Shown here: piece after piece, positions 14,880 to 30,183 of the stretch
How positions within the stretch are numbered: position 1 is the stretch's first letter
Layout: the number at the start of each line of letters is the position of its first letter
Assembly (NCBI RefSeq): GCF_006345805.1
Contig: NC_042997.1
Span: 682,001-746,000 of the forward strand
DNA length: 64,000 nt
DNA from: Octopus sinensis
Taxonomy: Eukaryota
Reading direction: 5' to 3'
Position numbers and translations under genes: made by a program
Notes under the pieces: generated by a model
Seen by the model: only the letters and a program-made list of their open reading frames with translations
Told to the model about the DNA's origin: nothing
The model's database searches: none

Positions 14880-15262
14880 ACTTGTTTCTGTAATTGAACT
14901 ACGGTCATGCTGGAGCACAGCCTTGACTAAATTTAGTTAAACGAATGGAACCCATTACGGATTATTATTTTCATAAAGCTTCGAAGTTATTCAATTGGTC
15001 CCTTTTTACCGAACCACTAACTTAAATAATAAACAGCAATAGGTGAACCGCGATAAGTGAACCCCGATATGGCGAGGGATTACAGTATGTATATTTAGCA
15101 CGGATTTCTTTTAGTTTCCGTCTAACGGATCCACATATAAAACCGTAGTCGGCCTGAAACTATAGTAGAAGTCATTTATCCAAGCTACCACGCAGCAGTG
15201 ACTGTACTCAGAAGCATGTGGTTGGGAATGAAGCTTCTTATCTTACGGCCACACTAGCGCCT
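14880..15262 (-). mobile_element. SINE family 2 copy
   Basis: Homologous to 52533-52903 (CATGCTGGAGCAC, TTTCCGTCTA..., head ending in GCGCCT on the + strand). Confidence 0.65.
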
Positions 15263-15794
15263 ATATGTGTGTATATATATATATAGAGAGAGAGAGGGAG
15301 AGAAAGCAATAAGAAAACGGGGCGATCAATAGGTGGTTCATCAACTTTTAAACAATATATTATGTCATTTACTAAAATGACAATTACAAGAATAGACATA
15401 CATGTATAACATATTATGCTTTACTTATAAAATATATAAAGATACCAGTAATTATTAAAATATATAACATATAGGAATAGAAATTGGGAAATATCTTACA
15501 GCTGTTTCAGCCAAGAGGCAAAATTACCTCATTCTACCGTTATCCTTACTTTAGACTGAAGTAATTAGTAGATGAAATTGAGGTAATTGGGTATTTCTCT
15601 GGGCTTCGTCAGAGATTTTAGAAAGTACATAAGGTTAAGTTATAAATATAAATACACACACATTTACTTACTTATACATTTACATAAATATACACAAATA
15701 CATATACCTACACTTAAATGTACATACATCTTTGCATGTATATGCATACACAAGAATCAAGTATTATTATTATTATTAGATGCATTATATTATT

Positions 15795-16215
<421 letters not shown>

Positions 16216-16814
16216 TCCCCACTCAAAGCAAGATAAAATAAGAACAATAATATACGAGTCAAGAACAAATATAATGCGTGTGTTTATTTGTCAAAAATAA
16301 AATAAAAGAAAAATTGAATAAAAAAGATCATCCTGAAATAAAACAATGTCTATTTCAACATACGATTTAACATCAGGAATATTGCAAACCAAATTCATAA
16401 ACGTATTTGAAGGTATACACAGATTTAGTGTAGCCATGATGTTCTGGTGATCTAACGACCTTGCTTTCTTGAGTTGAAATGATTTATGAATACAACATTT
16501 CATTGTATAATGCATAGCATGCATAATATTGTAAACATAATTATATTCCACACTGAATGTCTTAATACACAAAAAAGCTGTGAAACAGCCCTAATTCTAA
16601 TAATGAAAAGTAGTTCAATACATATATTCATCGCTCATATCTCCTTACATTTTAGAGTTTCTATATTACACATGTAGTTATTCGCGAGTTTCATCTGGAT
16701 TTCAGCTGCATTGACACTTTGTATAACTTTTCTGTATATTGGATTAGTATGTGGCCTGCTAGAAAAGCTTTCTATGAAAGCCACACGATAATTTGCATGT
16801 ATATTATTGGCTTT

Positions 16815-17002
16815 CAGTTTTGGCCAGCAATTTTGGGAGTGAGGATTACTTCGGCCCCAGTACTCAAACGGTACTTATTTTATTCCGGAAAGATAAAAGT
16901 TAGTGTCAACCTCCTCAAAATTTGAACTCAAAACGTAAAGACAGACGAAGTGCTATAAAGCATTTTCTTTGATGTGCTAACGATTTTGTCATGTTTCCGC
17001 CT
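16815..17002 (-). mobile_element. SINE family 1 copy
   Basis: AATTTGAACTCA (reverse B-box) and head ending in CCGCCT on the + strand. Confidence 0.65.
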
Positions 17003-18290
17003 TATATATGTAAAATATTGAATTCATTTTAATCACTTAATCATTTAAAATCGATACAAGTTTACAGTTTGATAAAGTTGACAAAACTCTAAACTATCTT
17101 CTGTTGAAAACATAATCATCCTCCCATCATATGATGATGTATATGAATCACATGTACATGTATTAACAAACATGCATACTCAATAGTACATACGTAGAAC
17201 AAAAGAAAATTTCAATACTGAAGTACTTTACATTGCCACAAGTAATTTTTAAATTTTCACCATTTTAAAACAAAATGCTTAAAATAAATACAAAGAAAAT
17301 AAAATTATACACTCACCATTCTTTCTCTGCCAATAGCAACAGTATTTAGTGAACTTTTCGAAGAAATAAACTGAAATTGTTTTGTTTTCTTTATAGCATA
17401 AGTTCACGCTGAAATAAAAAAATAAACTATTTTACCTTTGCGTTTAATTTTTCTTTTTCTTTTATTTTCCTGAATGATTTTCCTCCTACGAATATTTTAT
17501 TTTATTTTTCGTTTTGTTCTTTCACCTCTCTTTCATTTCTTTCTTCATTCTCGTTCTTTCTATTTGACTTGCTTAATTTTACATCTCTCTCTTTCTCTCT
17601 CTCTATCTGTCTGTATCCTACTGCGTATTCTTTATGCTATCTTTGTTTGGTTTCTTAATTTTATGCTGTATTTCTAAAATCTTACTTTACTGCTCTACAA
17701 TAACCTACAGATAATGTTAACTTCTGATATGGACATTTTCATTTTGTTTTAGTTTGCTCAACGTATGATATTTATTACTGTTGCTATTTGCTTTACCTCT
17801 ATGTTTTTCAGAATTTATTTTTCTTTTACCTCTGTCCCTTGGGTAAAGTTACCGAGTCTATAAGAAAAGTCATTTTCTCCCAAAAATCAATCTAATTCTT
17901 GCCTGTATAAATTGTTGCTTTTATATCGATCTGTTTTTCTTTACAATTGTTCTTATTGTTGTTATTATTGCTGCCGTAACAGTTGTTTATTGAGGTGATT
18001 TTTCCTATTTTACGTTCTATGAATTCTTTTTGTCTTTTTCTCATTTGTTATTTCTTTTATTTCCTTCGGTTGTTTCTGTTAAACTTTCAATAGAAAAAAA
18101 TGTATGATTGTCTCAGTAATTGTTATTATTTTGTTTCTCGTGAAGATTGCTGCTGCTGCTGCTGGTGGTATTCTTGTCATTGTATTTTTTTCAGTCGTTT
18201 TCTCTTAATCATTAAATTTGTCACCGTATAAGTATTGTTTTGCATTCATAATAATCTTCTACCAATTAAAGGCATGCTGAATGGTAAATC

Positions 18291-18291
<1 letters not shown>

Positions 18292-18321
<30 letters not shown>

Positions 18322-18384
18322 CTCTTCTTCTCTTCTTCTTCTTCTTCTTCTTCTTCTTCTTCTTCTTCTTCTTCTTCTTCTTCT
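18292..18384. repeat. (TTC)n microsatellite
   Basis: Visible run. Confidence 0.95.
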
Positions 18385-18502
18385 ACATTATCATAATTAC
18401 AAAAGTAAAGAGAGACAATATAATAAGCAAATATATCAATGTGCTACTGCATTCATATAGTCATATGTATATGTATATATATGGATATGTATATATATAT
18501 AT

Positions 18503-18577
<75 letters not shown>

Positions 18578-18589
18578 CCAATAGTGTCT

Positions 18590-21330
18590 GCTGCCTTTTA
18601 AAGAGAGCATGTTTATGTGCCTCTGGAATACTACTCCCAAAGATGAAGACCAGCGAAGCTTTTTCGGGATGACTCGACTTTCCCCCCTTCGTACAATCCA
18701 CCTGTTTGGCAGGATCTCATGAAGGAAGGATTTAGCATAGCGATGGTAGTGTGGGGGTTCCCATCTTGCTGAACATTTTTGAAGAAATTTGTCCAGTGAA
18801 CATTTGAATTTTATGGAATCAGTTTCAGTTTTGACCTATTTTTGTATGGACCAGTTGAGGCAAAGTAATTGTGACGTAATGGTGCTATGTGTACCGTGTT
18901 CGATTTTTGTAGTAGGCGGATTGCACGTGGGCCAAGTCTTGGATGGATTTTAAAATTGATACCAACATCATTTGTGCAATATTGATGGAATATTTTCCAC
19001 ATAATACAAATGATGTAGCGCTCCCGGCGGCGTAGGAGAGAGTAGAAACTGAGTTTTTTAGTCGACCCCAAAAATCTCATGTCGCTTATCTTTCTTGGCA
19101 TTGATCTCTGGAGTGCTTCTACTTTCATAATGAGTTGCTTCGTATGGGGGCCCACAGTGAGCAACAGTACTCAAGGTGGGGTAGGGCAAAATTAGAGTAG
19201 CGAAGGATAATCGTGTAGGCATCTCTAGACCGGAAAGTTCTCAGATAGCAGGAGCACATCATGCGGGCCAAGTCAGCCTTGCCGTCTACGTGGAGACTCC
19301 AGCTTAGATTGTTATCAACAATTACTCCAAGATCTATGGTGTTGTTGCATAACACTATCGCATAGTGTATCAAATCAAACTGATCTTCATTTAAAAGTAT
19401 ATTGTTTTCTCCGCCCATTGGACAATAGCAAACAGATCTGACTGAAGCCGTTTATGGCTTCTGGAGTTTGGAATCATCTGCAAAGATTTTCAATGTAGAA
19501 TGTTTGATGACATCTATGCCATTGAATGTAAATAATGAAGAGGTCTGGGCTCAACACAGTACCTTGTGGGACACCACTACTGACTTTGGCTGAGCTGGAT
19601 CGTATTCCCTCAAAAAAGCATGTTGGTCCTGTTCGTCAGGAAACACATTATCCACTGCAGCAGCTCTCCACGGATTCCAATGTTGGACAGTTTCTTCAGG
19701 AGGAGTTTGTGATCCACCCTGTAAAATGCCTTGCTGAATTCAAGGTATATGACATCAGTTCTGGAGCCCTCTCCTAACACTTTAAAGATGTCATCAAAAT
19801 GGTGCAGAAGCTGCGACAGGAAGTCCTTGCCATCACGGAAACGATTCTGGTTGGGGTTCAGCAGATTATTAACTTCGAGGAAGTGAGTTATTCGCTATCT
19901 CACCACCCTCTCAAAAAATGTAATGATGAGAGAATTGAGTGAAATCGGACGGTAGTTCACTGCAAGAGATTTATTCCCTTTTTGAAGACTTGAAATGCAG
20001 GCTGGGAGAGAAAATGGTCAGGAATGTAGCCAGCATGAAGTGGGTTTCTCCAGAGCTCAGCTAGAGGGGTTGCAATTTGATGTCAACACATCTTCAGGAC
20101 AGTGGCCGGGAACTTATCGTGACCTACTGCCGAGTTGTGAGTGATCTTATCTATTTCTGTTAGGATATCAGCAGCACCGAAAGTTATGTCAGATATGGTT
20201 AGTTAAGAGTTTACATCACGGATGCTAGCCAGATCAATCACATTAGGGTTAGTGAAGACAGAGCAGTATTGTCTCTGCGGGATCTCGCAGGTGGACATTG
20301 CATCATCGTATAGAGTATTGTTCTCGTCAACCAGAGGACCAGCATTGGAAACAGCGTCTTTATGATTTGTTTGCTAATGTAATGAAAATTTTGGGATTGA
20401 GTTTTATTTTCTCAATGGCCTGCCTCTCCTCAGCTGTTAACGATGGCCATCATGCGTTTTTGGAGATCGTGTTTTTTCGATTCGAGTGATGCAATGGCAG
20501 TTGAATGGATGCGTTGATTTTCTTTTTTTCCTTTTTTCTTTTTTTTTCTTTTTTCTTTTTTCTTTTTCTAATAATTGCACTTCTAATAATTGCACGTATA
20601 TACGCACTGATCTTACTGATGCCATAGACAGAGATACTCTGATGACGCCAGTTTCATGTGCCACCATGCGGTCAAAGTAAGTCCCTTTTACGATGGAACT
20701 GATGTCGGTTACCATCGTATCACCCCGTGACCATGCTTAACGAAGAACAGTTCACATTTCGGCAGCCATCTTGAACTAGGGATTCTACACTTAGATTTGT
20801 ATACTGATCCTAATGGAGTATGTTTTGCGCATATATTTGACACAGTATCTATAAATATCTGCCATGATGTATTTATGTTGGAGGGGTGTGTACGTGCGTG
20901 AAGTTCCAATCAACTTGTGAAAGATCCTGATTGATCGCATCCCAGTCTGCGTTATGAAGATCCATAGTGTCAAATGGATCGACTGGAGAGATGTCACTGG
21001 ATTTGATCTTTGGCTGGTGCAATCTCAGATCGCAGAGAAGCATAGAATGGTCGCGCTCGCACATATGAACACAAACGTATATACGCACTGGTCTTACTGA
21101 TGCCATACACAGAGATACTCTGATGCCGCCAGTTTCATGTGCTACCACGCGGTCAAAGTAAGTAACTGATGTCGGTTACCATCGTATCACCACGTGACCA
21201 TGCTTAACGAAGAACAGTTCACATTTCGGCAGCCATCTTGAACTTTCAGAATCTCTTCATTCGGCTATTTCGGAGCTCAAAGTAGATCGGCTCCGTTAGG
21301 AGCCTGCGAAACTGGAAATAGCACGAAACC
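18590..21330 (-). mobile_element. degenerate, rearranged CR1-like LINE
   Basis: Minus-strand peptides NADWDAINQDLSQVDW (EN-RT linker), antisense of GVPQGTVL, DLGVIVDNNLSW, LPHLEYCCSLWAP, YSLLRRRERY. Contains ~180-bp direct repeats at 20595-20777 and 21076-21244. Confidence 0.8.
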
Positions 21331-21413
21331 AGATTAAAACTTATTTTGAATAATGAATATATATACATAGATAGCTAGGTAGCTAGCTAGATACATACAT
21401 ACACACACACACA

Positions 21414-21513
<100 letters not shown>

Positions 21514-22090
21514 TATATATATTATTATATACACATCTTTTCTATTGCACTTACCTTTGTTTCTAGTCAGACACACATATAGATAGAGAGATAAATAGGT
21601 AGATACATATATACATGCATACACACATACATTCATACATACATATGTCCAAACATACGGGGATGTTTCTCTGATCTGTTATAGTATTTAATAAACATTT
21701 ATTCACCTCTGTTTTTCAAATCAATCACTCTGTGTATTTTCTGTATGCAAATTTCCTATCATAAATATTTTCTACTTCTTTTGTTTCTTTGTAATTATTT
21801 CGTGTCTGCTGGAAGCAAAGTACAGTAAATATTGTGCTGATAACTTGTACTGAGTTTGTAACACCTGTTCACAGATGTTCTTTTTTCTCCAGAATATCAG
21901 CTTTTTTGGTCAATGTCAGATTTGGAGAAATATTGATACTTTAGATTATTTTCCTTCACATTTGAAGTCGATCCTTATTGCTTTTCTCGAGGCGATCATA
22001 GTTGTAGGATATCAAAAATTTATCCTATGTAGTATTCAATATAAACGTATATGTTTTTGCTATTTAATCAATTGCACCCAGTTTTATATA

Positions 22091-22180
<90 letters not shown>

Positions 22181-22218
22181 TGTGCTGATAACTTGTACAC
22201 ACACATATATATATATAT

Positions 22219-22264
<46 letters not shown>

Positions 22265-22302
22265 GCATATATATATGTCCGTATATATGCTATATATATA
22301 TG

Positions 22303-22335
<33 letters not shown>

Positions 22336-22790
22336 GTATTTAAAAATAGCATAAAATCTTTATAAGAAATCGTCAAGTAGTTATCGTGAAAAACCTCATA
22401 AAGCAAAAATTGATTAATTATTCCCTTTAAATATATTTATTTGTATTAAGGGCTTTACTAGACATAAATGCCTCACGCTAGGAGGGACTTCTAAAGTCAA
22501 AACTACCATAATGAACACATGGTACCCAACGCGAGGGAATGCAACTCGAAGCGAGCCTTTTAAAACAGATTCAGCTGCAGATCATATGATTTCATAATTA
22601 GTGCACAAAATGTACTTTTTAGTCGTCAGTCCATGCATAATCAAGACACATAAAATGAACAAAACCATCAACATACAGGACGAACAATTATGGTAGTTTT
22701 GACTTTAAGAGTCCTTCCTAATGTGAGACATTTATGCATGGTAATGCCCTTAATATAAATAAATATACATATGTATTATATATATAATAT

Positions 22791-22844
<54 letters not shown>

Positions 22845-22848
<4 letters not shown>

Positions 22849-23110
22849 CAACTTATAAGCAAGGGCAAAAGACAAAATTCCAATGCCAAATATACCGAAA
22901 ATAGACTTAAATACTCAATAACCACATAATTCATCACTATAAGCACGCGTCTCGAAGCAAGCCGACAGAAATTTCAAAATAATCCCGTTATAACCGAATT
23001 TCGCCCTTGTTTATAAGTTGTCTATAAATTTAGCCTTTAAAGGTACTTTTTAATATACTGGCCAGTGATAAAATTTTTTTTGAAAATTTTATCCTATATT
23101 TGAAGTAAAT
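22845..23110. mobile_element. long-TIR MITE family copy
   Basis: CAACTTATAAGCAAGGGC...GCCCTTGTTTATAAGTTG arms, with the same internal sequence as 11470-11610. Confidence 0.7.
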
Positions 23111-26091
23111 TTAAGTATATATATATATATATATATAATACAAGTGCATATATGTATATATACACAAACACATGTATATTAACATATACATATAAATGAG
23201 AGTTTATTCATCATTCATACATACCCAGTCATTTCAAATTTGTAGGAATAAAAAAGAACTCTCATATACACAGTCTATTAATGACATACGTATCAGAAAC
23301 ATATCCATCATTCATACACAAGTTTGAGCAGACAACATTCAGTTACCCCTTATTGCGAAAGAATAAACTTAATAAGCAAAATAAACACTTAGCTTCGAAA
23401 CATCTACAGACACCGCCGCAGTAGGTTAGATATCACACACAGAAACTAACATGAAATGCTTTCAGCTTGTCTTGTGTTGAGTCGTGTAAATATATTCTTT
23501 CTCACTTTAGGTCACTTCAAAATGTCGTTGGTTTCAGTCACACCTGTTTACACTTTCGTCTTGATTACGTTTATCTTCCTCATCTTTTGCATTATTTCCT
23601 TCTACCTTTCTGATGAAGAGTACACTTCTGAAACCTTCTCTATGAATTTAAAGCTAATACAGTAAAGGCCTGTATTTTGTGCTTTTATCTTTTCATTGTT
23701 CCTGTGAAAATTCAAAAAATGAAAATTGAGTAATCAACCAACAGTTAGATAAATACGTATGTATATATAAATACACACGCACGTACACCTAAACACACAC
23801 ACACACGCACACACACACACACACACATGCGCACGCATGTACGCACGAACACACACATGTACCTAAGGTTATCCATGAATGTATATATGTGTGTATGTAT
23901 GCATATATATATATTTCATATGTATGCGTAATTATGTTTTAGTTTTCATATGACTTTAGGTTAAGTTTTTTCCCACCCAGTCAAAATATTTTTGAGTCTG
24001 AACGTAAAGGCTTGTGAATACGTGTGTTGTAACAATTCATATCTCACGGAAATTATATGGATATGTGGCAACGTACCGTTATTTCTATAACTCATAACTC
24101 CTGTACATCACAGAATTTGATTGAATGGAAGGCAATATATCTTTATATTCAAATACCTTATGACGTTATGAACTTAACGACGGAAAATAACTACTTGCAT
24201 GATTTGAAACATGTCCGCCCGATCATCTTGTTTCCGTTCTTCAGTCCACACCTTATTAGCTTATATTTTTTATTGTGTATCGATTTGACGTTACAATAGT
24301 ATATACTGAATTCATGAGCTTAATTCTACAGCAGAAGCAAATTATTATGAACACCAATATTCGGGTTTCTTGTGTTTGAACGTTAAATACTTCACTAATG
24401 TGATTATCTAGAAAATAATGTAGTTTTATTTTCATGAGGGTATTTATTCACATTTTAATGATGTGAGTCATTTCAATTAAAACATGTCTGCATTAGACAT
24501 TTCTATCCGCTGAGTAAAATCAACTAATAGAAATACTTTCACTTTGCTAACAAAAATATCGATTAGCTTATATCAAGGGACATGACACATATTTACATAC
24601 GTGACCTAAGCGAGAGGTTTCTGTGGTTTTAGCTCATATACGCGCTTGTTAGATTATTGTTGTCTTTATCGGATGCCATTAGGAAAAGTAAGCAGTAAAT
24701 CTGCGAAGAAATATGTTGAACAAATTACAAACCTACAATTTACAATTCAAGAAAACGAACTACTTATGCAGTAGAATGTATTTGTCAAGATTTCATAACA
24801 CTTAAATGTAAAGCATTTCGTGGGGCGTATTTGGTGTGCCGATAAATGTAACTATTATTGCCTTGTAACGAGTAATTTAAGGAAAGATGTAGCAACTCGA
24901 TTTAATTTAATGCAATTTCATCCCAATGTTTACTACAGTCGGCAATAATGCTTTTCTGTAGTATTTCCTATCTGTAGTAGAACATGAAAGGTTATGACCA
25001 ATGCATTTTACGAAGTAAATGCTGCATATAGAAATCAATATTGGAAAGAAACGACGTATTATTTCTTGATTTTTGCGGAAAGTAGGGAAAGCCAGAAAAA
25101 GCCTTTACATCGTAGATGGGTAATTTAAAGTAATTTACCAACAAACCTAGGTATTCAAAACTTAAAATAGCCTAAATACAAAGTCAGTCATATTTGATTT
25201 TAGGAATGGCTCAAATATCTTTCCACCCACAAAGATATTTGAAGAGCTGTACATGATTAACTGCAGTAATATTCTTGCTGTTAAGTTTCACTGCATTATG
25301 TTATAACCATAATCTATACAACTAATTTTCTGTACGTTAGATTTGGTGGTTTTATTAGAATAATTTTCTTTTAACCAAAGATGAAAACTCTGTTATTCAT
25401 TAATGACGATTATAAAATTACCATTTGTTTATAATATTAGATTAAATGAATAGAGGTTGTACCAACAAAGTTAACAGCATAAAGGCACATGTTTATCAAA
25501 GAGAAATTAACATTTACAAACTTTATATTATAGTAGTATGACAGTATTACGTCTGATATCACAAATTAAAGGTGCACATAAAACTGAATTTATATAAAAT
25601 ACGTTCTTTACACTTGTTTCAATGCAGAAATATTAAGTGTAAATACGTCGGTGTAAAAGAATCATTGGAAATATATATTGCTATATTTTCACATGACATA
25701 ACAAGGTTAAGATGTATATAATGAGAAATGTTGCACAGCTTCATATTCAGACGCAGAGTATCTAGTGGGTTTCTCTAAATGATATTTCCAAACCGTTTTA
25801 GTTGAATATAGTCTTGTCGAAACTGAATTATACATTCGTTGAATATTTTAGTACTTTTAAAATTGCGAGTCATTTGGTTTCCTGCATCTCTATGGAATGA
25901 CTACTTTCTGATTTTGCCACACAGCTTTATTAACTTGGAAATTGGTTAACGGAAGAAAAGCTATACACTTCAGGGAATTTATTAAGTGACCTAAACCATT
26001 AAGACAAGTTTGCATCTGGAGTGGGAACAGCGTATACACGTTGCGATATTAATATTTCGACAAAGGTGCTGTGTATGCGAAAATGTAACAT

Positions 26092-26295
26092 TGGTTTCAA
26101 ATTTTGGCAGAATGCCAGCGGGGTTGTTGTGAGGCTAAGTTGATTAAATTGGCTTCAGTGTTCAACTGGTAATCATTTAGTGAATGGCAAAGTTGACCTC
26201 GGCGAAATTTGAACTCAGAACATAAATACGATTGAAATGCCGCTAAGCATTTCATCCTTTGTGCTGACGATGAGGTTACCTTGCTGACTAACTTG
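26092..26295 (-). mobile_element. SINE family 1 copy
   Basis: GGCGAAATTTGAACTCAG, GAAATGCCGCTAAGCATTT in reverse orientation. Confidence 0.7.
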
Positions 26296-28038
26296 TCAAA
26301 ATGTAATATTGAAAACATAAATGGAATGATGTAAATCCAAAATATGGTTGTGAAAGAAATATACCTTATGTTTCACATTATTTTTTTGATTGTTTATTCT
26401 AAGATCTGCCTGATGTTTTGGATTTCAAACGACGTTGCTGTCCAATATATATTGCCTCATTGTTCCATTAAAGTTCCATTCGGCATTATATCCACTGCAA
26501 TCGGAATAGCCCGATCAGCATTATATCTTAACGTCATGTCTTTGCATCTCATAGATAGTTCTACGCCTTCTCAATTCTACTCTATGATGTAGCACTTGTT
26601 GCTATGTCACGCATTTATAAACAAAAACATGAATAGCAATGGTCGCAGTATTCAGTTAATTAGTACGTTTCTTTCTCTCTTCCCCCTCTCTCTCTATATA
26701 TATATATATATATGAATGTGTGTAGGTGTGCTGGTGTGTGAATATTAGCGTGTATATATATATATGTATATATACTAATTTTCTTGTCGTTTACGTGTAT
26801 TTTCACATTAATTGTGAATAATAATTAAAATGGGAGTTAACTCAATATATAATATATAACACAAATAAAAGCAGTACGAACCACAAAAAAGTATATAAAT
26901 TAGTTGTATATAACAGTCACGAAAACAAATGAGAAAAATGCCTGTTTCACAACAGTAGACAATATAATTGCTATATTGTAAGACAAGTGGTGAGAAATGA
27001 GTTTTATTTCAGTTGTTTTATAAATTTAGTGTTTTGCGGTAAAAATAAAACAGAACTAATTTATTTTACGTTACTACCACAATAAATTGTACGTACCTGT
27101 ACTATATTTGCAAAAAAAAAAGCTTGTTAGATATTTTTACTCTCACGAATGCTAACTAAACGAAAAATACAGAGAATGGCTATGTGACGGTTCCGAACAT
27201 TTGTAAGAACTTCAAAGAAAATCTGAACTCTTGTAATTCGGCATTTATCTGTACTGTATGCCATTTACATAATTCATGTAACTTATACAAGACAAATTTT
27301 CTGAAATGTGTTTTAATTATTTTGTTTCAATTAAGTACAATTTATTGGACCACGCAAAGAAACAATAGAAGTAGAAGAAACAAAATTACTATCAACTTCT
27401 TTACTTCAAGTTAACAGGAGACGTCGTTGTTGTTCTAACACTATGTGTGGTGAGAAAATCGCATTACAAATATTGTACTATTAAGGCTGAGAGATATGAA
27501 ACAAAAAAATTCATATAAAGACAAAAGGACGATTTTAACTTAAGTGTGAAATTCTGTTCAACATCTGAAGACATAATGATATGAAATTAGAATTGGACAA
27601 TTTTATGAAGAAATATCTGATGTATAAATAAATTAGTGAGGAAAGTGAGTGAAGTACATGGGGATACAAAAGGGGAGTAGGTGGCTTTTCAAAAATCAAT
27701 TTAATTATGTAGAATATTCTCGTAGAATACGCTTCCAATATTTTAATTTGACTACAATTATATTTTAATGTTCCTAATTGTATCTATGCCCCAATATTAA
27801 CAAGCTTCACAATATTCTAACCATAGCTATATTCAACTATATTTAAGCTGAACTATATTTTTCACCATATTTTAGATATGTTTATCTTCAACAATATTTA
27901 TGTTTCGCCAGCCACTTCAAATAGTCTGTTTGAATTTTTTTTTTCTTGAAGTAGGCACTTTATTTTCCATCTATACGCTATCGATATTTAAAGACAAATA
28001 AACATCTACAAAAATATGTATGTATGAATGCATGTATG

Positions 28039-28087
<49 letters not shown>

Positions 28088-28154
28088 TATATATATTTAT
28101 ATGTATATATATATATATATATATATGTACGTACAAATACATACACACACACAA

Positions 28155-28204
<50 letters not shown>

Positions 28205-29229
28205 GTATATATATATGTCTGTGTAATTGCACATACATATATGCATGTATAGATATTTATAAAATAATATATATGTATGTTAATTGCTAGCAAGGACATC
28301 ATATTTCGTTTTTCAGCAATAATATACTATAAAGTACATTAGAGTTTTTTTCCGGTTGATATTGCATCGTACTTTTTGTGCTAAGAATGCGATGTTTCCA
28401 TTTTAAAATTTATCTATTAACACTAGTTGCCAGGAAAGTGTTTAATATGGAAATTACTGTAGCAAAGTCTGTTGCACAGATAAACTTATTGGTATTTAAG
28501 CAAAGCGTTCGTAGAAAGTTGATGGGTTGATTGTGATAGTTATGAAAAGACAATAGCTCTTGAAACAGGTATATATACACCCATTAGCTATTTTTGTAAT
28601 GTCGATCGCTTTGTTTGCATGTACGTATTAGTACGGGAAACGTTGCTACTTGCAGTGATAGCTCTAAATTCTATAGGAAATCTATATATATTTAGTTAAA
28701 CTTAAAACTATATATATATATATAAGAAATAAGTGAGATTCAGTTGAATTATGCACTTAATTTGAAGCACCAAGTTAGTGCGGTATTATCTGTACAACTA
28801 TAAGGAAGGTGAATGAATTCAAAATAAGCAAGAGGTGATGCTGTACGACTGTTTCAAGCGGCTCCCTTTAATTGAACAGTGCAATCATTACATCATTTTA
28901 AATGCAGGACTATCCTCAGTTGCATAAATAAATGGAATTTTTTATCAGTTGGACACATTAATATAATTTTACTCAAATTCTCTAATAGAGCAAGAAGAGT
29001 GAAAGATTCCATGTTGCTACTAATGATACTAAGAATATACTACACTCTACAGCTTGTAAAGGATTGTGGTTCCTTTTAAATTTATTAGTATTTTTCATCA
29101 ACTGCCCTGCATTTAAATTGATGTAATGATTGCATTGTTCAATTAAAAAAATATATATATCTGTGTGTGTGCGTGTGTTTGTGTGTATGTGTGTGTGTGT
29201 ATTTTGGTGTGTATGTGTGTGTGTCTTCT

Positions 29230-29440
29230 ATAAGCTCTTCAACCCTCATACCGTCTACATGAGCTACTCCTGCTTAGATAATATCGCTTCTAAAATTGTA
29301 GGATACAAGACAGGCAAACATGCACCTGTACAACGTACAACTCCCGAAACTCTACCTGCCCCACAGGAAGGATGTAATCTACAGATCCACTCTCACCCCA
29401 TCCGATGGCATCATGAACATAACGGCCAACGAGTTTGAGC
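29230..29440 (+). mobile_element. Penelope-like fragment (RT-EN linker)
   Basis: KLFNPHTVYMSYSCLDNIASKIVGY matches the KIFNxxTVKVSYSCxxNI motif also seen near 10050. Confidence 0.55.
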
Positions 29441-29449
29441 CCGGGTTTG

Positions 29450-30145
29450 TAGGGATTTGCTAAATGCTAGAAAGAGATGAGAAAGTATTTGTTGATGTTA
29501 AATTACCTCAAAGCCAGCTAGCATTAATAGTGGCCACAAACTGACTAGGTGTGTTATGTGCTTTTTCGTATAGCGTGGTGTCACTAAAATACTCGATTGT
29601 TAATTCATTGGAAGTGGACTTAGTTATGAAGCAGAAAGTAGGTGAGGGTTTTGCATTGTAGGTTTTGGAAGCTAAAGAATTAGAATGTCGTGCGTATGTG
29701 GGACTTGGTGGGAGTGGTTTACATAAGATGTTAAAAACGCAATGGTAAGTAGCTAGTTTAGTTTTAATTTTGAAATTGTGTGCCGGAGGGCCGAGTGCGT
29801 CATCAAGGTGGTAAGTGGGAAACCTAGAAGTAGAAAGAGGAGGAAAATGAGATAGTAATGAGTAAAAAAAGAGGAAGAGAAAGTAGACGATGATGATGAT
29901 GATGACGATGCTGATGAAGAGGAGAAGGAGAATTGTTTTTGTCCCGAAAACCATTTTAATTGCTAAGTTAACCGGTAGAAGTTAGTTTCTATGCTGTGTC
30001 TACGGTTATCATTGAGATAGTTAAGATAAAGTTAGGTTCTTGGTTTAGAAATTGAAGTTCCAGTGGTATGAACGAAACGGATAGATCTATAACAAGGGTT
30101 TCTATAGTAGTAGTAGTAGTAGTCGTTGTCGTCGTCGTCGTCATC

Positions 30146-30183
<38 letters not shown>

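Noticed and set aside
17317-17408. Candidate minus-strand exon (good acceptor, GTGAGT donor, one open frame)
   Set aside because: No recognisable peptide and no partner exons. Such sites are common by chance. RNA-seq would be needed.
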